DNA of 64,000 nt from an uncultured Nitrospiraceae bacterium (GTDB taxonomy: Bacteria > Nitrospirota > Nitrospiria > Nitrospirales > Nitrospiraceae), in assembly GCA_963706325.1 (NCBI GenBank), contig CAVPLT010000001.1:1-64000 (forward strand). The letters run 5' to 3'. The notes under the pieces were generated by a model. It was not told the DNA's origin. It saw nothing but the letters and a program-made list of their open reading frames with translations, and ran no database searches. Positions 29,784 through 39,144 of the stretch are shown here, piece after piece. Numbering within the stretch: the stretch's first letter is position 1; each line of letters starts with the position of its first letter. Both the position numbers and the translations under genes were made by a program.

Positions 29784-30371
29784 TCACGAAAATCCCGCGA
29801 AGAACAACGCACCCGCCACGTGCAACAGGGTGAGCACGAGAAACACGAGCGTCATCGGCGCGTGGATTGCCTGCCACATGCGGAACGTTTCCTCTTCAGA
29901 AGCCATTCCATGCAAGTGCGCGTCGATATCGCTGTCGGATAGGCCTTCGCGCTGCAGTCGGCGGCGTTCATCGTTCAGCGCTCTCAGGCCGAACGCATGC
30001 ACCACCTGCCCGAAGACCCCGCTCAGCACCACGACCACCATGGACAGCATCGCGAGTATCGGCACCAGGGCGTGATAGTGAGCGCCGGAGTGGAGAAATA
30101 TCAGCAAGGGGCCCAGCACTCCCGCCACCATGTGAACCTGAAACCAACCCCTTGGCCACCGGCGGGCCGGGCTGGTTCGCTTGCGCCGTGGATACACACA
30201 TACCAAGAGGGTGACGGCCAGCCCAATCCAGCCGACTGCATGACCATATCTCGTATGCCCAAAGGGCGTGGCCGCATCAAGACTGAGCAGGGCCTCGGCA
30301 AGCAACGCGCCCACTATCGCTGCGACCCCCAGGGCGATCACGACAAGCACGCGCTGCTGTACGGAAGTCAT
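29784..30371 (-). CDS. Integral membrane protein with intramembrane His residues (possible heme b anchor)
   Basis: GHAVGW, WFQVHM..G, LHSG, WQAIH.P and LLHV in hydrophobic helices. Confidence 0.7.
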   Translation of the reverse strand: MTSVQQRVLVVIALGVAAIVGALLAEALLSLDAATPFGHTRYGHAVGWIGLAVTLLVCVYPRRKRTSPARRWPRGWFQVHMVAGVLGPLLIFLHSGAHYHALVPILAMLSMVVVVLSGVFGQVVHAFGLRALNDERRRLQREGLSDSDIDAHLHGMASEEETFRMWQAIHAPMTLVFLVLTLLHVAGALFFAGFS

Positions 30372-30389
30372 CTCGCGCCCGCTCCCTGC

Positions 30390-30776
30390 TTATCTTTTGT
30401 ATCGTTCCACGCCCTTATTGCCTCCGGCATGGCACCGCAAACAGTCCGCGAATCGTCCGGGGCCATGAATACCCTTGGCCTTGGCTTTCAATTCTTGGAC
30501 TAATGCATTCTCCTGCACTTGCGGACTCAATGCTCCCTCTTTGCTTGCTCGATGGCAATCCAGGCAGGTCGTAGCGCCCGTCGCCCGAAAGATCAAATCG
30601 CTGTGCGGATTTGGTACCATACCACCTGCGTCGGCTGTGACCCAGGCAACCGAAGCACCTTCTGCACCGGACGCGGTCACGACACCGTACGGTACTGCAT
30701 AGGTCCATCGCGGTACTGCGGCGAAGATCATCGCTCCCAGGATGCACAAAGCGACACCCGCGCCCAGGCGTCTCAT
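30390..30776 (-). CDS. Diheme cytochrome c
   Basis: Signal peptide, CLDCH and CLRCH. Confidence 0.8.
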   Translation of the reverse strand: MRRLGAGVALCILGAMIFAAVPRWTYAVPYGVVTASGAEGASVAWVTADAGGMVPNPHSDLIFRATGATTCLDCHRASKEGALSPQVQENALVQELKAKAKGIHGPGRFADCLRCHAGGNKGVERYKR

Positions 30777-31255
30777 GCGTGCCCGTTCCCGCGACAGGCC
30801 CGGTATCGTTCTTCAGGGATTTCTTTCATCGCCTGATACAACTCTGCCCGTTCTTGTTCGCTGATCACCTGATCGATCGACGGGTACAGAATCCGTTCTT
30901 CCTTCATGTTGTGCGATTTCAACAGATCTAAAAGCAGCTGTTCGTCGTCATCGCTCTCCGGATCCTGCGCCACAACCTTGCGGTGAATCGCCTCCAAGCA
31001 ATCGCAGATCATCCGGTGCTCGGTTCGCATGACCTGCGTCGGACCGCCTTCCGCCATGCCGGAGTTCTCCTCCCACTTGGGAAACAACAGGTCTTCTTCC
31101 CAGACGATGTGGCGTTGCAGACCGAACTTGAAGCCCACGAACGCCTCTTTGGCCTTGGCGAAATCCTTTCGCTTGTGCTCCTGAAAGGTGATGAACAGGG
31201 CATCGAGCCGGTCGTGATCCTGCTCGAATGTGACACTGATTTTTCCCTCGAACAT
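30773..31255 (-). CDS. Hemerythrin/HHE cation-binding domain protein
   Basis: DHDRLD, HIVWEEDLLFP, EHR, HNMKEERILYP. Confidence 0.9.
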   Translation of the reverse strand: MFEGKISVTFEQDHDRLDALFITFQEHKRKDFAKAKEAFVGFKFGLQRHIVWEEDLLFPKWEENSGMAEGGPTQVMRTEHRMICDCLEAIHRKVVAQDPESDDDEQLLLDLLKSHNMKEERILYPSIDQVISEQERAELYQAMKEIPEERYRACRGNGHA

Positions 31256-31374
31256 GCCGTACTCCTTGGTTATGACATTCTCCGGGAATACACTCGCTGA
31301 GAGATGACGCCGCCCTCCGGCGCATCATGGCCTTGCAAGCGATAGCTCAGGGGCCGAGTCGGCATCAGCCTGGG

Positions 31375-31683
31375 TTAGGCATTCTCGCCCTTTTGTTTCT
31401 TGAACGTTTCCTTCGCCGCCGCCAGAGCCGCGACAATCGTCGCCTCGGTCGCCTTCAAATACTGCTTCGCCTCCGCAACGGTGTGGGAAAGGTCCGCGCG
31501 GATCTCTTTGGCTTTTTCTAATACCTCGTCTTCCGCGCGGCGCGCATACCCGCGAATCGCCGTCCGAGTCTCTGCTCCCGATTTGGGGGCATAGAGCATA
31601 GCCGCCGCTGCACCGAGCACCGCTCCACTCAAAAAGGCAATCGACACCCCCACTCCCGAACAGCTGCCCTGTTGGTCCGCCAT
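31375..31683 (-). CDS. YtxH-domain protein
   Basis: FLSGAVLGAAAAMLYAPKSGAETR motif; GGAGGA RBS. Confidence 0.85.
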   Translation of the reverse strand: MADQQGSCSGVGVSIAFLSGAVLGAAAAMLYAPKSGAETRTAIRGYARRAEDEVLEKAKEIRADLSHTVAEAKQYLKATEATIVAALAAAKETFKKQKGENA

Positions 31684-31756
31684 GATGTCCTCCCCTTTCC
31701 TACGATTCAAATGTTTCTCGCCCGTATCCCTCTCAACAAGGTTCATTAGCACAAAA

Positions 31757-31772
31757 AGCAGATGACGTGCCA
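31757..31772 (-). promoter_or_regulatory. Sigma54-type promoter
   Basis: TGGCACG-TCAT-CTGCT, 74 nt upstream of the YtxH-domain gene. Confidence 0.6.
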
Positions 31773-31822
31773 CGTGTGCATGACTCGGCTGAGTAACACA
31801 TTCACGAGCCAAGGGGTGTTTT

Positions 31823-32180
31823 ATGAGGATCGAGCCATGGCCGCGAGACCTATGAAGAAATTGGCAGTCTTGTCGACGATGGAAAGATGGCCGGGACCTA
31901 TATTCCCCTCCTGCGCCTCTTCGTTGAGAATACGGCCGCGAATTTTCAACGATCTCACAATCTGAGCTTTTTCGGCCCTAAAGCTGTCCGCTCGCCAAGG
32001 GATCAGTTAGCGGATACCAGCTGGGAGTTCATGAACGCCGAGATCGCCGTCGACCGGCGCATGAGCCTTGAAATGATCGCGTACTTGAGCAAAATCTACG
32101 AGGCGCGCATGCGGTTTCTGGAGGAACTCGTTCGTAGACAAGACGAGCAAAAGAAATCCAGACGGACCAGCACCCCGTAA
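31823..32180 (+). CDS. Small hypothetical protein, probably frameshifted near its 5' end
   Basis: AAGGGG RBS and ATG at 31823 are out of frame with the long open frame ending at 32180. Confidence 0.35.
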
Positions 32181-32238
32181 TGAGCGCATGGAAAATGCAA
32201 TGACGGAAGCAACATAGGGAAAATGCGGGCAGCTCAAT

Positions 32239-33342
32239 CTATAAATTGACCTTATAGTGCGTGCTTCGTCCACCCCCGCAAGGAACCAGCACTTCCTTTT
32301 CGGCGAGATCGTGCAAATCTCTCGTCGCCGTGGCCTTGGAAGCTCCGGTAATCGACATGTATTTTTTTGCTCCCATCCCGCCGGCAAACCCTTTAGGGCC
32401 TTCCTCCAACATCCGTCGTAATATTTGCGTCTGACGTTCGTTCAGCTGATCCTTGAACCTGTCAAAGAGCTTGGTTTTTTTCAACGTAAAATCGATCTGC
32501 TCTTCCGCCTGGATCTGAGCTTCAAGCGCGGTGTTCACAAACCACTTTACCCAGGACGTAATCTCATTCGATTGTTGTCCCTGCTTAAGCGCCTCATAAT
32601 AATATTTTTTGTTCGCCTCGATCGTGCGCGACAGGCTGAGCAGTACCGGCCGTCCGATGCCTTGGGACAACGCCTTTTCAGAAAGCGCCCTTCCGATTCG
32701 TCCATTTCCGTCTTCAAAAGGATGGATCGTTTCAAAATAAAGATGCGTGACCGCTGAGCGCACCACTGCTTTTTTCAGTTCCCTCTCGCCACCCGGGCCG
32801 GTTTCATTGAACCAGTCAATAAAACGCGCCATCTCACCTGGAACTATGGATGAGGGCGGTGCTTCGTAATGCACCCTCTCCTTGCCGATGGGTCCGGAAA
32901 TCACCTGCATAGGCTCGGTATGTGTCCGCCACTTGCCGACCTGTATCGCCCTGCTCCCGGCCATGATCATCCGGTGCCATTCAAATAACCTTTCCTGTGA
33001 AAGCGGTTGGGCGAACGTCTTTCGCACATCGACCATCAGAGCCGCCGCTCCTTCCGCGCGCTTATCCCCGCCCTTCCTTGTATCACCCTCCATACCAAGA
33101 TTCCGCCGGATGGAGGACATGACGTCCGTGCGGCTGAGATACTCCCCCTCGATTTCAGAGGTCTTAATAGCCTCGGCAACCATCATGTCTATGACGGCCT
33201 CTGCCTGCATACCATCCGGCAACCCCTTTAGAAGGCCGCCAGCACGCCCCGTTCTTTCGGCAAAAGCCAACAAAGCATCCTCGACCCTGGTCAGGTCGTA
33301 CCGAAACTCCGGCCAGTCGTTTTCCTGCCAGTTATAGCCCAT
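32239..33342 (-). CDS. Fic family protein (DUF4172 + Fic + C-terminal HTH)
   Basis: WQ..DWP.F.Y, TSEIEGE, HPFEDGNGRIGR, SKATATRDL..L, GGGRSTHY. Confidence 0.95.
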   Translation of the reverse strand: MGYNWQENDWPEFRYDLTRVEDALLAFAERTGRAGGLLKGLPDGMQAEAVIDMMVAEAIKTSEIEGEYLSRTDVMSSIRRNLGMEGDTRKGGDKRAEGAAALMVDVRKTFAQPLSQERLFEWHRMIMAGSRAIQVGKWRTHTEPMQVISGPIGKERVHYEAPPSSIVPGEMARFIDWFNETGPGGERELKKAVVRSAVTHLYFETIHPFEDGNGRIGRALSEKALSQGIGRPVLLSLSRTIEANKKYYYEALKQGQQSNEITSWVKWFVNTALEAQIQAEEQIDFTLKKTKLFDRFKDQLNERQTQILRRMLEEGPKGFAGGMGAKKYMSITGASKATATRDLHDLAEKEVLVPCGGGRSTHYKVNL

Positions 33343-33415
33343 GAGCCGATTGTATCAGATATTCGGCTCATATGGATCAGTTTCATGAGCCGATTACCCA
33401 TTTTATTCGGCTCAC
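33341..33415. promoter_or_regulatory. Two 31-bp palindromic sites, (A)TGAGCCGA-N13-TCGGCTCA
   Basis: Copies at 33341-33371 and 33385-33415; the first overlaps the fic start codon. Confidence 0.75.
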
Positions 33416-33772
33416 GACTATACGCGGTTGGCAGTCGCCATGCCGCATCGCCCGGACTCTGGCTTTCCGGTCAGGCCGCCGCGGGTAGCCTAAGCCTGAG
33501 GTGCAACCCTTTTCCGGTATCGCCAATGCCGTAAAAAAAACTTACTAAAATGGAGTGCTAATCCAGCTAAAAGGCCACCACCCAACCGCAGATCTGCGGA
33601 CCATGCTGAATGAGATGATCGAAGGGATGAGGGTCCCACGCGCCACCTACTGGATGGTTCAAGAAAACAGGGGCTGACTCCGATACAGAGTGGAAGGAAA
33701 TGACTTCTTCCTGGGGTAGGGTCATACCATGCCCTTACGACCCTGATATCCTCGTATAAGGAGCGACCGCTC

Positions 33773-35125
33773 GTGGCCCTCCCGTCACCGCCCCCCTTCG
33801 TTCCGATCAACGTCGAACAGTTGCGGGTGGGAATGTATGTGAAACTCGACTGCCACTGGCTGAACCACCCGTTTCCGCGCAATCATTTCAGGGTGCAAAC
33901 GACCGCGGAACTCGCGGTGATCCGGACGCTGGGCGACGTGTCCATCTATGTGGACGCCAGTCGGTCAGATCCCGACTCTTTGACACAGCCCCTGCCTGTC
34001 AAAGCCGATACCGCAGAACAGGCGCGATCCATGCCGGCTCCTCCACCCCACGCTCATGAGGCGGAGGACGCGCAATCGATCATCGCTAAGAAACAAGAAC
34101 GCATTCAGGCGTACCTTCGCTGTCAGGAGGGACTGAAGAAGGCGAGCGCGAATCATACTGCTTCCTTGCGTCAAACGAAGGAGGTCATCGATCAAGTCAG
34201 CGCGGGCCGCGAAGGATGCGCCTCCACAGCCATAGACCTGATCGGCCAGGTCATCGATGCGCTTCACGGCGAGGGCACCGCCATGGCGATGCTCAACGTG
34301 AACAATACCGAAGACTTTGGAGCGAGCAACTTTGCCGCCCTCCATTCCTTAAATGTCTTCATGATCTCCATGATGATCGGGCAGAAGTTTGAACTCAGCC
34401 GCAAAGATATGCTCAGTCTCGGAATCGGGGCTCTGCTTCACGACATCGGCCAGCGGAAGATACCGTCGCAGGTATTGGCAAAACGAAATAAGGGGATGCC
34501 CCTCACCCGGGCAGAAAAAACGTTTTTTGAGCTCCATCCCGAATATGGCAAGCGACTGGTCGAAGACCTGGGTTCATTCCCGCCGGCCAGCGCTCAAGTC
34601 GTTTATCAGCACCACGAGCGCATCGATGGGTCGGGCTCTCCCTGTGGGCTCAAGGACGACTCCATCTCATTCTTAGCGAAGATCGTCATGGTGGCGGATG
34701 AATATGACCGGCTGACGAATACCATGGATCCCAGGAAACGCCTCTGTCCGACCGAAGCGTTCTCGCATATCTATGTGAACCGCCGGAAGGCCTTTTCGGA
34801 AAATGTGATTGTCTGCCTGATCCAAAGTTTGAGCGTATACCCGCCCGGCACCTTTGTGCTGCTGTCGGACGAGTCGCCCGGCATGGTCATCAGCACGAAC
34901 TTCGCATCCATGACCCGGCCGGTCATCATGATTTACGAATTGGACGTGTCAATGGACAACATTGTGGTCGTGGATCTCGCTGAGGACAAAGACCTGCACA
35001 TTAAGAGAATTCTGCGTCCGACTGATCTTCCCGTCAAAGTGTTGGAATTTTGGAATCCCCGACGAATGGCAGGCTATTTCTTTCAGGTCAACGATGACAG
35101 GGCTGATTCTCCCAACCGTTCATAA
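33773..35125 (+). CDS. HD-GYP domain protein with DUF3391-like N-terminus
   Basis: QLRVGMYV...W..HPF, HS.NV, LHDIG, HHERIDGSGSP, ADEYD, YPPGTFV. Confidence 0.88.
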   Translation: MALPSPPPFVPINVEQLRVGMYVKLDCHWLNHPFPRNHFRVQTTAELAVIRTLGDVSIYVDASRSDPDSLTQPLPVKADTAEQARSMPAPPPHAHEAEDAQSIIAKKQERIQAYLRCQEGLKKASANHTASLRQTKEVIDQVSAGREGCASTAIDLIGQVIDALHGEGTAMAMLNVNNTEDFGASNFAALHSLNVFMISMMIGQKFELSRKDMLSLGIGALLHDIGQRKIPSQVLAKRNKGMPLTRAEKTFFELHPEYGKRLVEDLGSFPPASAQVVYQHHERIDGSGSPCGLKDDSISFLAKIVMVADEYDRLTNTMDPRKRLCPTEAFSHIYVNRRKAFSENVIVCLIQSLSVYPPGTFVLLSDESPGMVISTNFASMTRPVIMIYELDVSMDNIVVVDLAEDKDLHIKRILRPTDLPVKVLEFWNPRRMAGYFFQVNDDRADSPNRS

Positions 35126-35235
35126 CTCGGAATTGAGTCTCGAAGCAGAGGGCGCATTCCGGGGCATTCACTCCGCTGTAACCCTCCTCGTCTATTGCAC
35201 TGCTCCCTCCGACCCTTCGGCTGCCGATCGGTGGG

Positions 35236-35859
35236 CTAACGAGGTACCGGCGGCTTAGCCATCTCTTCCTGCGACGAACCTGCGGCTCCCTCTTGGTCAC
35301 TCTGTCCCATGCGCTCATGTCCCATACCGCCAGGCGATCCACTGTGGCCCATCGGACCACGACCACCCCTCCCTTGCATTCCTCTTCCCTGGTGCAGGCT
35401 GAACGTCCGCTCATAGTGGATGATGGCCCAAATGTCTTCATCCGTCAGTTGGCCTGCAAATCCCACCATGCTGGTGCCGGGCGATCCATGCTTAATCACC
35501 CAAAAGATCTCACCCTCTGTCCGATGACGCCAGAATCCATGGTGCCGAAAGTTGCGGGGAGGCGGGTTCAACTGCGAGGCCAGAGAGCCATCGCCTGCCC
35601 CTTCCTGTCCATGACAGTTGAAGCAGGTCCCTTTGCCATGATACAGCGCCTTGCCTTTTTCGATGGTATCAGGCGAGTCAGGCAATGGACTGGTGAGCGC
35701 ACGCGCCTCATCGAGTTGATCGGACGGGACGCGCGGCTGCATCATGTCATGCCCCTGCGCGAAGACCACCGACCAGCTCAGTGCGAAAAGTGAGAGGATT
35801 GCCCCTGAGCTCACTCGACTGCCGATGCGAATCTGACTGATCTGCACCTTCTCTCCCAT
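35236..35859 (-). CDS. Monoheme cytochrome c with Gly/Met-rich tail
   Basis: GKGTCFNCHG, PPPRNF, GSPGTSM, LTDEDIW. Confidence 0.88.
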   Translation of the reverse strand: MGEKVQISQIRIGSRVSSGAILSLFALSWSVVFAQGHDMMQPRVPSDQLDEARALTSPLPDSPDTIEKGKALYHGKGTCFNCHGQEGAGDGSLASQLNPPPRNFRHHGFWRHRTEGEIFWVIKHGSPGTSMVGFAGQLTDEDIWAIIHYERTFSLHQGRGMQGRGGRGPMGHSGSPGGMGHERMGQSDQEGAAGSSQEEMAKPPVPR

Positions 35860-35956
35860 GGCTCCTTCCTGATACACCAAGAGAGACCGCCTCCAGTCTT
35901 CTCATGTAGACCGCTCAGATAAAGCGTTTCGTGAACGGCGCCGCGATTCATCTCGG

Positions 35957-36316
35957 TCAAAAGGCGACGTTCCGATCGCGTTCCGCTACCGCCTTGATGT
36001 AGTCCGGCATGCCCTTGATAGACGCACCGGCCACAAGATCCCCTGCGCCGATCTGTCGCGCCACCGCGCAGGCGCCGCAGACCCAGATGGGGATCTGTGC
36101 CGCCTGAACTGCGGCCAGCAGATCTTTGAGCGGGGCCAAGTTCACGCCGATCAGATGGTCGGCCGTGCCCTTGCGCCCCAGCGTCACCGCTTCATTCCAG
36201 AGCCAGAGCACCACATCGTGTCCCTGCTCCCTTGCCGTCTTCGCCGCCATGAACGGCAGCGTCGCCATCGTCGGGTCATCCGTGCCTCGACTGCCTGAAA
36301 TCATAAACGTCGCCAC
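35957..36316 (-). CDS. DsrE/DsrF-like family protein
   Basis: DDPT.ATLPF..A, EAVTL, VCGACA.AR. Confidence 0.85.
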   Translation of the reverse strand: MATFMISGSRGTDDPTMATLPFMAAKTAREQGHDVVLWLWNEAVTLGRKGTADHLIGVNLAPLKDLLAAVQAAQIPIWVCGACAVARQIGAGDLVAGASIKGMPDYIKAVAERDRNVAF

Positions 36317-36369
36317 TCTGACCTCCTCGGCTCCTTGTTCCTATTTCTATCTCGTCGCCGGAAACCGCA

Positions 36370-36960
36370 TTACCTCTTCTCAATGACTCCGCAGGCGATC
36401 CTGGGTCCGCCCGGCGCATCCTTCGTCGGAGGTTCAGGCAGATACTTGTCTTCAACGCCGTGGACGATGAACGCACTGCCGTCCGCATCGAAGAGCGTGA
36501 ACAAACCAGGGGCCAGGGTTACCCGACTCGTGATGGTATAGAGGGTTCCCTTGCGGTTTTCGTCCACCACGAGATTCGGCAAATCTCCGAGATGATAGGG
36601 ATGGTTTCCTAGTCCGGGGCTGACGTTCGCTTCCGGGTTGATCTGCGGATCGACGTTTCCGTCATAATGTCCCTTCGCCGCCGTGAATGACTCACAGGCC
36701 CCGGTTTCGTGGATATGGACCGCATGCAGGCCAGGAGTCAGCTTACTGTCGGCGGTTCCCTGCACCGTCATTTTGATACGCACTCGCCCTTCGTACTCTT
36801 GATACAGATGCGCTTCTCCGGTGATGCCGGGGCCGCTGATCGTGGCTTTCGCCTTGAGCTTGTCGTCGAGTTTTCCCGTATGGTGACCTGCGCATCCCGA
36901 CAAGAGCACCACAGTCCCTGCGAAGATCATTGTCCCGCTTAACGCTTGTTTCACATTCAT
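36370..36960 (-). CDS. sodC: Cu/Zn superoxide dismutase, lipoprotein
   Basis: LSGC lipobox, HAVHIHE.G.C, GH, HLGDLPN, VH, GGPRIACG. Confidence 0.92.
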   Translation of the reverse strand: MNVKQALSGTMIFAGTVVLLSGCAGHHTGKLDDKLKAKATISGPGITGEAHLYQEYEGRVRIKMTVQGTADSKLTPGLHAVHIHETGACESFTAAKGHYDGNVDPQINPEANVSPGLGNHPYHLGDLPNLVVDENRKGTLYTITSRVTLAPGLFTLFDADGSAFIVHGVEDKYLPEPPTKDAPGGPRIACGVIEKR

Positions 36961-36985
36961 GGCACACCTCCTTTGGAACCGACGC

Positions 36986-38398
36986 CTACTGCCCCAGCGA
37001 TCGAACATAGTGAATCAATTCCCAGACCTGTTCATCCGGCAGGCCGGCAAATGACATCATACCCGTGCCGGGCGAACCGTTCTTGATGATCCAGAACAGC
37101 TGCCCATCCGGGATGTCCTTCATCATCGAGCCGCAGGTGAAGTTTCTGGGCGGCGGAATCAAGCCCGCGCCCATGAACCCTTGCCCATTGCCCTTGTCGC
37201 CGTGACACATCGCACAGGCCACCGGTTGAGCCGTCTGCAAGAAAAGCGTTTTCCCTGCCTGGATCGTCGCGTCGGAGTTTGGGAACGGATTGGTTTTCGA
37301 CAGGAAGTCGGCCGGCGCCTTCGCCGTTTTTCTCGGCTGCGGGCAGACGCCGCTCGGACCTCCACCGCTGACCGCGGCCTGCGCCACCACCGCTCCGCCC
37401 TTGAAGGCGGCCTTCAAATAGGCCATGACATCCGCCACACCCAGCTGTCCGATGGTCAATCCCCAATAGGGCATGCTGGGCGATTTTCCCATCGCCGCTC
37501 CACCATGATTGATGACATTGTAGAGATAGTCGGTGGGCATCTTTTCGAACGGGATGTTCGCATGGATCGCCGGTTTCGGCTCCAACCCGGACGCAGCCGG
37601 ACCGTCGCCCTTGCCGGTGAACCCATGGCACTGCGCGCAATATTCCTTGTAGATCACCTTCCCGCGATCGACGCTCGCCATGCCGAACTCCGGAGTCGTC
37701 CATGGTTCAAAGTACTTAAAATCCTTCACCCCTTGAACTACCAGATACCCGATCACAGCCCGCAATTGAGGTTCCGTGGCATCGGCGAGAAACTCTCCAT
37801 TGTGTACTGTGAAATCTTGTGGGTTCTGCCCGAAACGGAAGAGCCAATCCGGATTGTACCGTTGGCCCGCAGCGGCCAACGACGCGCTCTGCGGCCCGCC
37901 GATGAGCCTGCCGTTCTCTTCGACCAGATGACAACCGAGACAGGCGTGGGCCTTATAGGCCAAGCCGCCGAACGCTGCGTCGAACTTACTGACCTTCGAG
38001 GTATCGAACGCGCCGACTTTCACCCGAGGATCCATGTTGTGTTGCTCGAAATATTCTGCGATACCCTGAGCTTCTTCCTCGTTGATGACCGGATGCCGCA
38101 TCGGTCCCTCAGACACATCCCATCGATACCCTTTGGGATAAAGCGGCGCCTCTTTTCCCGTCAGGTAACGGAGCAACCACGAGCGCTGATACTTGCTCCC
38201 TGCCCAGATCAAATCTGGGGCCTGCAAGGTGAAGCGCGAGTCCGGCTTCCCTTCAAGACGGTGGCATCCGGCGCACGTGTTCTGAATCAGCTCCTTGACA
38301 CGACTCTGGTCGCTGCCCAACAGAAGGTGGGGAACTGACAACAACCCCACCACGAACACCAACGCCAATCCGACCAGCGCCGTCCGTCTTCCGCTCAT
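36986..38398 (-). CDS. Tetraheme cytochrome c (four class I-like domains)
   Basis: CAGCH, CLGCH, CAQCH, CAMCH; N-terminal signal/TM. Confidence 0.9.
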   Translation of the reverse strand: MSGRRTALVGLALVFVVGLLSVPHLLLGSDQSRVKELIQNTCAGCHRLEGKPDSRFTLQAPDLIWAGSKYQRSWLLRYLTGKEAPLYPKGYRWDVSEGPMRHPVINEEEAQGIAEYFEQHNMDPRVKVGAFDTSKVSKFDAAFGGLAYKAHACLGCHLVEENGRLIGGPQSASLAAAGQRYNPDWLFRFGQNPQDFTVHNGEFLADATEPQLRAVIGYLVVQGVKDFKYFEPWTTPEFGMASVDRGKVIYKEYCAQCHGFTGKGDGPAASGLEPKPAIHANIPFEKMPTDYLYNVINHGGAAMGKSPSMPYWGLTIGQLGVADVMAYLKAAFKGGAVVAQAAVSGGGPSGVCPQPRKTAKAPADFLSKTNPFPNSDATIQAGKTLFLQTAQPVACAMCHGDKGNGQGFMGAGLIPPPRNFTCGSMMKDIPDGQLFWIIKNGSPGTGMMSFAGLPDEQVWELIHYVRSLGQ

Positions 38399-38437
38399 GA
38401 GGCATCCCTTTCCTTGATCCACACCGTACGACATGGC

Positions 38438-39142
38438 CTATCGCGAGACCAGCCAGGCATGAATATCCGCGATCTCCTGATAACTGAGCACGGTGCCCCA
38501 AGCCGGCATGAGGCCGCGGCCATGGGCTACCGTTTCCGAAAACGCTCCCTCATTTTTGAGGATGGTTGTGCCTGCCAATTTGGGACCCGTCCCGCCGACT
38601 GCGCCTTCACCGTGACAAGCCTGGCAGTTGTGAGCAAAGAGCCTCGCGCCCCTGGCCGCGACCCCGGGACCGTCAGACGCGGCACTCTGCCCCCGCGAGG
38701 GTTCCATCATCGCCAACTCGGTCTCGATGCTCGGCAAGTGATCGGGAGCGCCGGGATGATTCCGCGCGGCGAGATACTGCACGACCAATGCGGCGTCTTC
38801 CTGAGAGAGCTCGGCGCCCCAACGCACCATCTTTTCCACGATGACCGTCCATCGGTCTTGCGGCAATCGTTGCTGAGCAATAAGGTCGGTGGTATGGCAC
38901 ACGGCGCAACGGGCAAGGATCAAGGTGGCCGCTTTGCGTGCCAAGGCAGGCTCGACCGTCACATGCTCCTCTTCCTGCGCGGAGGTGAGCACGACCCCAC
39001 CAAGAATAACCAGTAGCACGAGAGAGAATGGTGAAACAGTTCGCCCAGCAAGGCCGCAGCGAATGCTGGCCCGAGGCGTATGGTCTGTGGACGCTGAGGA
39101 CTTGAACGAAACGAGGACGACGCTGGAAGAACCTTGTGCCAT
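38438..39142 (-). CDS. Diheme cytochrome c (SorB-like domain plus class I domain)
   Basis: CAVCH....I.QQRL....W...V.KM..WGA, then CQACH...MPAW; starts right after the sulfite oxidase stop. Confidence 0.85.
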   Translation of the reverse strand: MAQGSSSVVLVSFKSSASTDHTPRASIRCGLAGRTVSPFSLVLLVILGGVVLTSAQEEEHVTVEPALARKAATLILARCAVCHTTDLIAQQRLPQDRWTVIVEKMVRWGAELSQEDAALVVQYLAARNHPGAPDHLPSIETELAMMEPSRGQSAASDGPGVAARGARLFAHNCQACHGEGAVGGTGPKLAGTTILKNEGAFSETVAHGRGLMPAWGTVLSYQEIADIHAWLVSR

Positions 39143-39144
39143 CC

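Noticed and set aside
33341..33415. Possible mini-CRISPR array
   Set aside because: Only two units with a 13-nt gap, variable centres and no cas genes; an operator pair fits better
37181..38338. 385-aa plus-strand ORF
   Set aside because: Antisense to the tetraheme cytochrome, which has clear motifs
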